From Veleropilina oligotropha (lineage: Eukaryota): a DNA stretch of 64,000 bases. The first letter of the stretch is position 1. Each line of letters starts with the position of its first letter. The translations under genes and the position numbers were made by a program. Below are positions 1 to 8,296 of this stretch, one piece after another. The notes beneath the pieces are model-generated. The model saw only the letters and a list, made by a program, of their open reading frames with translations, had not been told where the DNA came from and made no database searches. The stretch covers positions 124,001 to 188,000 of the forward strand of contig JBEUKZ010000062.1 in the NCBI GenBank assembly GCA_048128005.1, written 5' to 3'.

Positions 1-462
1 TTCATCATCAGACATCACCCCGTCCGATAATGCCTTTGAGACGTGGTCGGTTATGGTATTCAGCTTGCTGTCGGCCAGGACTCGAATCTCGTCGTGTTTC
101 TTAGCCTTCACCCCGAGGCGCCGGCTGATATACTTTCCACCCATACTAGCGAGCCCACACCCTAATGCCGCTAGTTCCAGCACTAGGACGACCGGGGCGG
201 CTACAATTGTGGACAGTAGACCAATTCCAGCGCTACCCATACCAAGTGTGGCGACGACTAGCCCGTTATCTATCCCGTCAACGACGTTAACACCTCGTCG
301 GTACTTTTTATATAATGCAGCCCGTGTGTCCCTCTCTCGTTCTAATTGTCCCTGAAGCTCATTCACTTTCTGTAGTCGGAAGGACTGTGCCTCATGCAGT
401 TCCGAAGGCACATCGCCACCAAGTTGTGGGTACAGCGTTGGCGCTGAGGGTTTGTTGTCCAT
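1..462 (-). CDS. Membrane-associated protein with N-terminal PSAP-T-LYPQL motif and hydrophobic hairpin (3' end outside window)
   Basis: Reverse complement from ATG at 462 reads MDNKPSAPTLYPQLGG...GIGLLSTIVAAPVVLVLELAALGCG...; homologous to the complete 210-aa ORF 23083..23715. Missing from the ORF track because it runs off the window. Confidence 0.85.
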   Translation of the reverse strand, partial: MDNKPSAPTLYPQLGGDVPSELHEAQSFRLQKVNELQGQLERERDTRAALYKKYRRGVNVVDGIDNGLVVATLGMGSAGIGLLSTIVAAPVVLVLELAALGCGLASMGGKYISRRLGVKAKKHDEIRVLADSKLNTITDHVSKALSDGVMSDDE

Positions 463-812
463 CATACGTGGCTGTATTGTTCCGCCTGTTTGTTTAAAAT
501 GTCTACTGTAACGTTCAAATACAGAGTGCCGACCCACGGGGCCTTGATGACAAAGGCGAGGGTTAACTTATCCGAATCCAGGCTGAGTTTACTTATGGAA
601 CATGCCTTGGGGCCCCCGGCCGGCTGGACCGGCGTCAGGTGGATCATTAGAAGGGCTGGGTTCAACCCGAACCGACCTCTAGTGTTTGGAAACATGAACT
701 CCCTCCTCGCCAGCCCCTTATTGGGCGCTACCCCACAATTAAGGACAAAGTGCCACCGGGTCGGGGGGGAAGAGGGCTCGTCTGCAAGCAGGGTCCCGTA
801 GATGCTGCTCAT
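462..812 (-). CDS. Conserved 116-aa viral protein of unknown function (possibly virion-associated)
   Basis: Conserved in copy 2 (23715..24065) and partly in copy 3 (MSSIYG...); stop/start overlaps with both neighbours. Confidence 0.75.
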   Translation of the reverse strand: MSSIYGTLLADEPSSPPTRWHFVLNCGVAPNKGLARREFMFPNTRGRFGLNPALLMIHLTPVQPAGGPKACSISKLSLDSDKLTLAFVIKAPWVGTLYLNVTVDILNKQAEQYSHV

Positions 813-1549
813 TGTATCGCAAGGACTGCGGAAATAGGCATACCGTGATTGTCGAGCGGTTTACCATCTGAGTCTGTGATGTAAACCTTCAACTCTGTGA
901 TTAGCCCGGCCTGTAGTCGCCGGCCGGCGGGATAGCTATGATAGTGGCCAGCTTCACCGAACATCTGCGACGTGATAGGGACCACCGCGAGAATAGTGCT
1001 CGGGGCGCCGTCCTTCACATTGTGCGTTGTACTAAGCTGCTCCAGGTGGACGTGCAGGGTTGGCGCTATGGCAAACCCGACAGGCTTATTCCCGTCATAA
1101 GTCCCAGGGCGTAGCCACTCGGATCTCTCCGGAGGGGGAGGTGGTTGGCCCTGTACTCCCCGAACCGGTTGGTTCAGATTCCCTGCTTTATCGAGAATAA
1201 ACGAAGAGAGGTCTAAGCCGAGGAGTTTTCGTATATCGTCACTTATCGCGAGTCGAGTCCCCTCTGGGACCACGATTCGGGCGAGCCCTGTAGCATGGCT
1301 TACATCTAGTTGTAGGTTAACTAGCGACCTCTTCATCGTCTTGGCGAGGTCATCGAAGCTGTAGAAACCTGGTGCCACGTCGACCGTGGTATCCGGGGTC
1401 TTAAAGAAGGCTCCGGCATGCACGTTGTGCCAGCCTACCCAATAGTCGAGCGACTGCAAGCTGACACATAGCTTGCTGTCCCGGTTATCAATCGGCTCCA
1501 GGAGGGCAACCGCGGTCCCCTCTTGAACGTTTGTTAATGTGTGAAACAT
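809..1549 (-). CDS. Minor capsid protein (penton-like, single jelly-roll)
   Basis: 246 aa; VAPGFYSFDDL and C-terminal DGAPSTILAVVPI...FGE...ELKVYITDSDGKPLDNHG patterns resemble Polinton penton proteins; conserved in all three copies. Confidence 0.75.
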   Translation of the reverse strand: MFHTLTNVQEGTAVALLEPIDNRDSKLCVSLQSLDYWVGWHNVHAGAFFKTPDTTVDVAPGFYSFDDLAKTMKRSLVNLQLDVSHATGLARIVVPEGTRLAISDDIRKLLGLDLSSFILDKAGNLNQPVRGVQGQPPPPPERSEWLRPGTYDGNKPVGFAIAPTLHVHLEQLSTTHNVKDGAPSTILAVVPITSQMFGEAGHYHSYPAGRRLQAGLITELKVYITDSDGKPLDNHGMPISAVLAIQ

Positions 1550-1556
1550 AGTAGCT

Positions 1557-2840
1557 ATGGCTAAGAGCGCCTTTGCGTTTAATAGGAGTGCGGCCTATCC
1601 GACCGGTGTGGTGTACCCAGCAAAGATCAAAGATGAGCAGCTTACGAGACCAAGCATCAATGTGGGTAATAGCTCAACCACTACATTCGGGGCAACATAC
1701 CCTGACGTCTTTCAGAAATACCGCCTCCCTCATGTCGCTAGTGACGGGCTGATAAGGGATTGGAACAGCACGCCGATGAGGTTCTGGCAGAACAAGGTCA
1801 ATTTCGCAGTTTGGTGTGCCACAACAGGTTCCGGAATCTCCTCAGAAGACCACTTAAATGCGACCGACCCCCTCTCCACTGCTGTATTCACCTTCCACGT
1901 CTACTATCAGGTCAGACGAATCTTATCCGAAATTCAGGCGCCGCTGCCACAGGACCGGACGTGGGATGCATTCGACAACCCGTATGACCGCAGGGCATAT
2001 GAGAAGATCTGCAGCGAATTTGGGGTGTCTCCCCATACCGACTGGCGTGTCAAGGGTCCCAACGGCGGACTAGGCACCGCTTACAGCTACTGGACGAACA
2101 ACGGCTACCACCCCATCGGACGTGACTATGATCCAAGCCGAATGTCCTTCACCAAAGGTACGACCAACACGAATCTGCACGTGGACTACATCGCGCAAGC
2201 GCCTGCACTTAAAAACGGTTGGGCTACTTTTATTCTGGACAGGTCGGTGGGATTCACGAGGGCCGGCGTGGAAAGGCTCAATGATTCCATCAGGACCTAC
2301 GTCTGGGCTATTCTTGGAGCGCAGGCTCAAACGCGTGCAAGTATTCTGGGTAGTGGGACGGCGTTTGACGCACAGAAACAGTTCCTGGCGAACGTGGAAG
2401 ACGCCATCGCATCCCCCGTTGACCTCCCAGCAGCCATCAAACGGTACCAAGAGGTGCTCCAGTATGCGAGGTCCAAAGTGGACTTCGTATTCGGCGTTGG
2501 CCTGTACATGGCGCCAAGTAACATGCTTCTACGGATCGGGCAGGTGGCTGGTTATAACAATGAGATCGTCGTCGCCACGGAAGACCAGACACTCGGTCTT
2601 AATACTACGGTGAACGCGGCCAATCCTGTGCCGCACAACGCCACTGGGGATACTGGAGAAACAGGACTGGTTATTCCACAAGACGCAGATGCAAGCATAC
2701 CGGTAGTTACTCCGAAGCATCCAAGCTCTCTGCCAGCTGTGGCCTCAGTGGCGGCTGTTCCAGCGGCACATGACGAGGAGAAAACCGCACTTATCGTGGG
2801 CGGCATTGTCGTTGGTCTAGCGTTTATTTGGCTTACGTGA
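1557..2840 (+). CDS. Conserved 427-aa viral protein with C-terminal transmembrane anchor, function unknown
   Basis: Long ORF conserved in copies 2 and 3 (NFAVWCATTGSG, FHVYYQVRR); ends ALIVGGIVVGLAFIWLT after a variable Pro/Ala-rich linker. Confidence 0.8.
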   Translation: MAKSAFAFNRSAAYPTGVVYPAKIKDEQLTRPSINVGNSSTTTFGATYPDVFQKYRLPHVASDGLIRDWNSTPMRFWQNKVNFAVWCATTGSGISSEDHLNATDPLSTAVFTFHVYYQVRRILSEIQAPLPQDRTWDAFDNPYDRRAYEKICSEFGVSPHTDWRVKGPNGGLGTAYSYWTNNGYHPIGRDYDPSRMSFTKGTTNTNLHVDYIAQAPALKNGWATFILDRSVGFTRAGVERLNDSIRTYVWAILGAQAQTRASILGSGTAFDAQKQFLANVEDAIASPVDLPAAIKRYQEVLQYARSKVDFVFGVGLYMAPSNMLLRIGQVAGYNNEIVVATEDQTLGLNTTVNAANPVPHNATGDTGETGLVIPQDADASIPVVTPKHPSSLPAVASVAAVPAAHDEEKTALIVGGIVVGLAFIWLT

Positions 2841-4146
2841 CCCACTGTCTAGCGGCAATAAGAAGCAAGCCCCCAACTGATATGACCAGTGCCCATAGGT
2901 TTTCAGCGAGCCACGATGCTGTCTTGCCAATCAGGTTGATTAGCCAGGAGACCAGGCTTCCAAGTATTCCTGGGAGCGCGGCTGCGGCCTTCCCTGCTAG
3001 TTTGCCTAGAATCCTTCCCAGGTTCTGCAGCTGCTTTTTGACCCACTCCTTGACCCCGCCCTGACCACTGGGAGGTGGTGGTGGCGTTGGCGGGCTCGGC
3101 GCTCCACCTGTCAGGGCTAGTACCAAAGTCGAGATGGCGAGCCCGATAGCGGTGAGTATTGTTGCGATCGTAACCCCTTGCTCGCGGAACAGGGTCCGGA
3201 TACGCTCGGCCAGCGTTGTGTCGGTGTTCAGGATCCGACTTATCATCTCTCGGATCCGGCTGATTTGAGAGCGAAGGGCCTCCCGGCTTGATGATGCTGC
3301 CTCTAGGCGAGCTGCTCTTTCATCATTCAGGTCGCGCAGACGTTCCGCGATCCGTCGACGGATGAACTCATCCACACCGCCCTCTTCATCTGCCTGATCG
3401 AGCTTCATCTTCTCCAGCTCTATGTGTTCATCCAGCGCCGTTAGTTTGGCTAGATTGTTGGTTAGTTCGCCTCGGATGGTCTGCATCGCCTTGTCAAGTC
3501 CGCGAAGCTCGCGAAGATTTAATGGAGGGTCCCCCATTGTGCCTAAGATCTCTTCAACCTCGGTATCAGTGAATTTCGTCTCCATCGTGTGGATTGCTAC
3601 CGAGGCATCAGTAGCAGTCTGCCCCAAGTCCCGCAGTTCTACGTTTTCGACATTAGCGGCCGCACCGCTCAACTCAGTGTCGGCTGCCTGAAGAACTGCA
3701 ACCGCTTTTGAGGCCAGCTTTTTTTCCCCCCGCGTCCAGTGTACAAAACCCAACCCTTCACGGATTGCATCACCCCCACCAGGCCGGCCAGCTATTGTTG
3801 ACAACGCCAAGGGGTTGCCGGTGCGAGAATTTATGAGATTGATGTCGGGGTAGTCCGTCATCACCAATTTCCCCCCCCGCCCTAATTTTCCCCTCACATA
3901 CTTGAATTTTGAATAATCTCGCCCCGTGGCTGGGGTCTGCCCCTCCTGTGCCAGGGCTTTGTAGTAGTCGTCAACCACACCCTGAACGAGCTCTTGCTGA
4001 AGACTGCTGGTTCCTTCCTGTGGCCGTTCCGAAAGAACAGGCATAAACCGGTCGGTGGATAGATCCACATCAGTATCGTCGATGATGGTATCATCGTTGT
4101 CGATGAGATCGTCCGGCTCGAATGCGGGGTTCTCGAATTTCGCCAT
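2833..4146 (-). CDS. 437-aa coiled-coil membrane protein (hydrophobic helix, poly-Pro, amphipathic C-terminal helices)
   Basis: Central heptad-rich region, then ILTAIGLAISTLVLALTGG, PPTPPPPP and LPGILGSLVSWLINLIG...LWALVISVGGLLLIAA; conserved in copies 2 and 3. Confidence 0.8.
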   Translation of the reverse strand: MAKFENPAFEPDDLIDNDDTIIDDTDVDLSTDRFMPVLSERPQEGTSSLQQELVQGVVDDYYKALAQEGQTPATGRDYSKFKYVRGKLGRGGKLVMTDYPDINLINSRTGNPLALSTIAGRPGGGDAIREGLGFVHWTRGEKKLASKAVAVLQAADTELSGAAANVENVELRDLGQTATDASVAIHTMETKFTDTEVEEILGTMGDPPLNLRELRGLDKAMQTIRGELTNNLAKLTALDEHIELEKMKLDQADEEGGVDEFIRRRIAERLRDLNDERAARLEAASSSREALRSQISRIREMISRILNTDTTLAERIRTLFREQGVTIATILTAIGLAISTLVLALTGGAPSPPTPPPPPSGQGGVKEWVKKQLQNLGRILGKLAGKAAAALPGILGSLVSWLINLIGKTASWLAENLWALVISVGGLLLIAARQWVT

Positions 4147-4182
4147 TTGAATACATCAGTGGGATACGCATCTAATTCAGCC

Positions 4183-5484
4183 ATGACTAGCGTATACGGA
4201 CGCAAGCTTAATCCATACCGCAGGCTGCGTGAGCCCCTCGCAGTCAAGGGCATCCGCCAGTCGGTCACGATTACAAACAATCCATCAACGATTGCCCCGA
4301 ACCAGCAGCTCCTGGTTCGGTTCCCTAATCTCGGGGCGAATGACGTGATCGTTCCAGGGACTGCCCACCTCGCATTTACCATCTCTCTGACCTCGGTAAA
4401 TGCGAATAGGACTGTAGTGCAAAATATCGGCCGTGCCGTGATCAGAAAGACCACGATAAAGATAAGTGGAAACGAGATCATGTCGATTGACGACTCCGAC
4501 GTGTACCACTGCTACTGCGATCTCTGGAAGACCACCGGGGAGCGCAAGAACGCCCAGTACCAGGGGATTGATACCAGCGATGGACACAACACTACGAAGC
4601 ATCGTGTTGGTGCGGCAGACGCCTTTAGACTGTCTGAGGATGTCGCGGTCGCGGCCGCGTACGGTAACCGATTCCGCATCCCGCTGGATTTCGAGCTGTT
4701 GGAAAGTCACATGCCATTCTATCAAAGCGCCCTTGGAGACCGTCTCGAGTATGAGCTAACGTTCAACGACTACTCCCGGACTATCCGGGAGACGGACGAC
4801 TCCGGTTCCAGCTATTCCATCGACAATATATCCCTCGAATATGACATGGTAACCCAATCCGAGCTTGCCAGACGGATTCGAAATCAATACCAGGGTCAAC
4901 TCGTAATCCTGTACGACCGTGTTCTCCGGCATCGGAAGCTCACCCTAGACAAGAGCGACTCGTTGTGGAATATGAATGTGAACGTACCGGCGAGGTCGAT
5001 GAAAGGAATACTACTGTTGTTCGAGGACCCTGCGAGAGACGCCGCGCCATTCTCTCGCGATACTGAGGCCTTCTATAATCCGAAGATCACAAAGGTCGAG
5101 GTCACAATCGAGGGTGTCCCGAATCAAATCTACAGCCAGGGCATGCGAACATACCAGATCTGGGAAGAAGCCAAGAAAATGTTCGCCTCCGGCTGCAGCA
5201 AGCGGCATCCTGAGGTCGCGATGGTCGCAAAGGACTTAGCGTTGGCAGACGTCACCCTGGGCGAGTTTCTGACTAAGAAATTTGCGCTCTGGATCGATAT
5301 GCGGGTAACTGACGACGATCAGTTGCACGGGTCAGGCCGGAGGGTCGAGAACGCCAGCGAAGGCATTACTATTCAGATCACTAAAACAGCCGAAGCGGCC
5401 GGTCCACTGAACGTCTACGAGTTCGTGATCATGGACGCACAGCTGAATATCGAGAATGGCCGATTCGTCGAAGCACTGTACTAA
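4183..5484 (+). CDS. Major capsid protein (double jelly-roll, Polinton-like)
   Basis: About 433 aa, beta-rich, immediately upstream of the packaging ATPase; FRIPLDF, LEYELTF and ISLEYD strand patterns; highly conserved across copies. ATG at 4183 matches the starts in copies 2 and 3. Confidence 0.8.
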   Translation: MTSVYGRKLNPYRRLREPLAVKGIRQSVTITNNPSTIAPNQQLLVRFPNLGANDVIVPGTAHLAFTISLTSVNANRTVVQNIGRAVIRKTTIKISGNEIMSIDDSDVYHCYCDLWKTTGERKNAQYQGIDTSDGHNTTKHRVGAADAFRLSEDVAVAAAYGNRFRIPLDFELLESHMPFYQSALGDRLEYELTFNDYSRTIRETDDSGSSYSIDNISLEYDMVTQSELARRIRNQYQGQLVILYDRVLRHRKLTLDKSDSLWNMNVNVPARSMKGILLLFEDPARDAAPFSRDTEAFYNPKITKVEVTIEGVPNQIYSQGMRTYQIWEEAKKMFASGCSKRHPEVAMVAKDLALADVTLGEFLTKKFALWIDMRVTDDDQLHGSGRRVENASEGITIQITKTAEAAGPLNVYEFVIMDAQLNIENGRFVEALY

Positions 5485-6088
5485 ACGATTTCCGCACACC
5501 AAGGACCCCCACTCCGCAATCATCTGCGGCCAGACCGGTTGTGGGAAGACGGTTTTCATGCTTGAACTGCTGGAAGGGGAGTATCGAGGCGTCTTCCGGC
5601 ATATCGTGATCCTCTGCCCCACGATCAAGTACAACAAAGCATACCAGTCTTGTCCGTGGATCTGGACCGACCCTGAGGTGTATTTAGTCCCCCCGGGTGA
5701 GCGACTCCATGACTGGCTGCGGGGGTTCTACCGGCTGTTTCAGGGGGAGTCGACTCTGTACATAATCGACGACTGCGCCGCCAGCAAGGCTATGGCAAAG
5801 AAACGGGACATGCTGACTTTGTTGGCCTTCAGCGGCAGGCATGCTTCCCAGAGCGTATGGGTAGTGACGCAAAAGTACAACTCGGTCTTGAAGGAGCTCA
5901 GAGAGCAGACCCGCTGGGTCGCGCTGTTCCATTGCAAGGACCGCGACAGTTTCGAGGACTGTCTGCGCGAGAACGATGTAATCCCGTCGCAGGATGAATG
6001 GACCGCGGTTCGCCGGCTGTTGTCCGAGACACGACACGCTAAGCTTCTGTTGAAAACTGATCAGCCCGTTGCTTATAGTGTGCTTTAG
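5456..6088 (+). CDS. A32/FtsK-HerA family genome-packaging ATPase
   Basis: Walker A GQTGCGKT, Walker B YIIDD, SGRH arginine motif and VVTQ motif. Confidence 0.92.
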   Translation: MADSSKHCTKRFPHTKDPHSAIICGQTGCGKTVFMLELLEGEYRGVFRHIVILCPTIKYNKAYQSCPWIWTDPEVYLVPPGERLHDWLRGFYRLFQGESTLYIIDDCAASKAMAKKRDMLTLLAFSGRHASQSVWVVTQKYNSVLKELREQTRWVALFHCKDRDSFEDCLRENDVIPSQDEWTAVRRLLSETRHAKLLLKTDQPVAYSVL

Positions 6089-6141
6089 CAGCTACTTGGC
6101 TAGCCCTAACATCTACTTAGCAGCTACTTAGCTAGCTAGGC

Positions 6142-6903
6142 ATGTCGGACGCGGTATACATAGCTTTTGCTTTCAGCCAGGGCCTGATCTTGTTGCTACT
6201 CGTAACGTTGTGGTATTGGCATTATCGCTATATTAGACTGGCGAGGAGATGTTGGAAACGCTTAAGGATGGACAGCCTCATCGATCAACTCATGGATGAC
6301 GAGGAAGAAATGACCGTGAGCAGCAGCTCACCCCGCTCGACGACCAAACGCTGCTCGCAGCACGAGGAACCTGAAACTGGCTCCATAGGGATGGCAAAGA
6401 AACGGGAGAGGCTTGCAGCATTAGCCGTTGGAGGACAGGCCCACCGATACATGGGGCGTAACCTCACAGTGGACCGAATCGACGATATGACTGACGACGA
6501 GGTTGAGAAACACCACGCACGGTATGAAGCGAAGCTAGGTGCTGACATGACGAAGACCCTCGGGGCCGCTGCTATACAGCTGTATGCGGGTGCAGCTGGG
6601 ATGTTCCTGCCCATTCCACCAGCAAACCAGCTACGACTGATCGCCGACCTGGAGGCCGACCCGTTCATCTCACATGCCCTGACCACTGCAAGCTGTGAGC
6701 TGTATTATAAATATGGCATGTACCTCGCACCGCTGACCGCAGCGTTGACCACGGCTAAGCACTGCCAATTTGGACATGTTTGCCCGCCTAAGATACCAGA
6801 TCAAGATGACAACGCCGGAAGTGGACCAAGTGATCGAGAGACAGCCGATCGAGAGCCAGCCGATAGAGAGGGTGACTTCATCGACAGACTCATCAGTGAG
6901 TAA
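6142..6903 (+). CDS. 253-aa viral protein with N-terminal hydrophobic segment, function unknown
   Basis: Conserved in copy 2 (there split by a frameshift); N-terminal LILLLLVTLWYW segment. An internal start at MDSLIDQL is possible. Confidence 0.7.
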   Translation: MSDAVYIAFAFSQGLILLLLVTLWYWHYRYIRLARRCWKRLRMDSLIDQLMDDEEEMTVSSSSPRSTTKRCSQHEEPETGSIGMAKKRERLAALAVGGQAHRYMGRNLTVDRIDDMTDDEVEKHHARYEAKLGADMTKTLGAAAIQLYAGAAGMFLPIPPANQLRLIADLEADPFISHALTTASCELYYKYGMYLAPLTAALTTAKHCQFGHVCPPKIPDQDDNAGSGPSDRETADREPADREGDFIDRLISE

Positions 6904-7297
6904 AAAGGACCCGAAAAAAGTGGCTGCAGGTCGGGCCGGCGCTGCTGCTCGAAAAGCCAAGCAGGAGAAGCTACTGGCCGCGGTTCGAAAAATGAAAGAA
7001 GACCTGAGTGCCCCAACAAGTGTTGTCGTTCCATCAGAACAGCCCGGGGAGGCGGTTCCAGCCGCAGAAAGACCGTGTGCGCCAGATACACGGAAATCGG
7101 ACCCATTTAATTGGACCCAGGTAGCCGTCGCTGCCGGTACGGTTGCGTTGGTATTTGTTGTCTGGAAGACGTCCTCAGAACGCAGCAACCCTGGTCCATC
7201 CACACCACATCAACAGCCACCAGACGCGGACGCTCGGTGCTCTCGGGCCGCCCCCACTATCGAATTGAAGAAGCAGAACCCTTTTCATATGCAATAG
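6806..7297 (+). CDS. Basic KDPKKVAAG-motif protein with C-proximal transmembrane helix; overlaps previous ORF
   Basis: KKDPKKVAAGRAGAAARKAKQE, VAVAAGTVALVFVVWK and terminal NPFHM are shared with copy 2 (30087..30596); the MTT start is conserved. Confidence 0.72.
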   Translation: MTTPEVDQVIERQPIESQPIERVTSSTDSSVSKKDPKKVAAGRAGAAARKAKQEKLLAAVRKMKEDLSAPTSVVVPSEQPGEAVPAAERPCAPDTRKSDPFNWTQVAVAAGTVALVFVVWKTSSERSNPGPSTPHQQPPDADARCSRAAPTIELKKQNPFHMQ

Positions 7298-7333
7298 TCG
7301 CAAACGGTAGCATTTCTATAGTACTCAACAGTT

Positions 7334-7573
7334 ATGACTACCCCAATCACTGATGGAAAGATGCTCGGCAACGCTGTATACCACGCCGCTATAGTGTCAG
7401 GCCTCGCCATAGGCTACGCACGCCTGACAAAGATGGTATTCAAGGGAGCGAGCCCCAAACTGGACTTCACGGGGTACGATGTCGGGATGGTCGTCCTCGA
7501 CGTATCGCTCGCCATGGCGACGAAAGACATGCTGATCAAGCAAGGCATCATTCCGGCCGATATATTGAAGTAG
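7334..7573 (+). CDS. 79-aa hydrophobic viral protein (two putative membrane helices)
   Basis: Nearly identical in copy 2 (30609..30848). Confidence 0.8.
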   Translation: MTTPITDGKMLGNAVYHAAIVSGLAIGYARLTKMVFKGASPKLDFTGYDVGMVVLDVSLAMATKDMLIKQGIIPADILK

Positions 7574-7604
7574 TGGGACCTTGCTAGATAATCGCAGCAT
7601 TTCA

Positions 7605-8033
7605 ATGGCTTCCATTGCGATGCTGGTTGGGGGCGCTCTCGTCAACGCCCTCGCCTTCAGCGGCTCCAACTTCCTCTTCTCGAAGCTACGCAGCTCCGGT
7701 GTCGATGCGGAGCGTAAACGCCACGACATTGCTGTAGAACAGCTCAACGCTGCTCAGACTAAATGGTCACAACAGAGGGCAGAGCGTCTCGACTGGCTGA
7801 ACGTTGAACTTCGCCGCCAGGGTCATGCCGTTGGCACATTCCGGGATGTTGACGCCGCGATCCGTGAGTATGCATTGATCACCGGCAAGAACCTTGACCC
7901 CGACCTGGGGGGTGGCCCTGAGCCCGCCCTGTCTGACTACTACACACCGAGCGATGCCCAGAAGGGACGTGAGATCACCTTCATCATCCTGGGGATGGCT
8001 GCGACCGGGTTGGTCGCCTACAAGCTCGCCTAA
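7605..8033 (+). CDS. Small viral membrane protein (hydrophobic N- and C-termini)
   Basis: MASIAMLVGGALVNALAFSGSNF...ITFIILGMAATGLVAYKL; conserved in copy 2. Confidence 0.78.
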   Translation: MASIAMLVGGALVNALAFSGSNFLFSKLRSSGVDAERKRHDIAVEQLNAAQTKWSQQRAERLDWLNVELRRQGHAVGTFRDVDAAIREYALITGKNLDPDLGGGPEPALSDYYTPSDAQKGREITFIILGMAATGLVAYKLA

Positions 8034-8074
8034 TTATTTCCAGTGGACATTTTTTTCGTGTGCCAGGTATAGTA

Positions 8075-8296
8075 ATGGGGCTCCCAGAAGAGCTGTACTG
8101 CGCTATGCTTGCGGTCGGCTATAGTACTACGTTACTCGACTGCTGGCGCCGCGACGAAAAGACTATGGTGCGGTTCGCGGTCCTGGTGCTCTCGGGCCCG
8201 ACCAACCTACGGGCGACCACTGCGCAGCGACCGGCTCCGGAAGCTGAAGCCTGTTGGAGACTGATCAGTTTACTGGAATACATTGCTGATGGATAG
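8075..8296 (+). CDS. Small viral protein of unknown function (MGLPEELY...)
   Basis: Homologous to 31234..31524, with in-frame length differences. Confidence 0.55.
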   Translation: MGLPEELYCAMLAVGYSTTLLDCWRRDEKTMVRFAVLVLSGPTNLRATTAQRPAPEAEACWRLISLLEYIADG

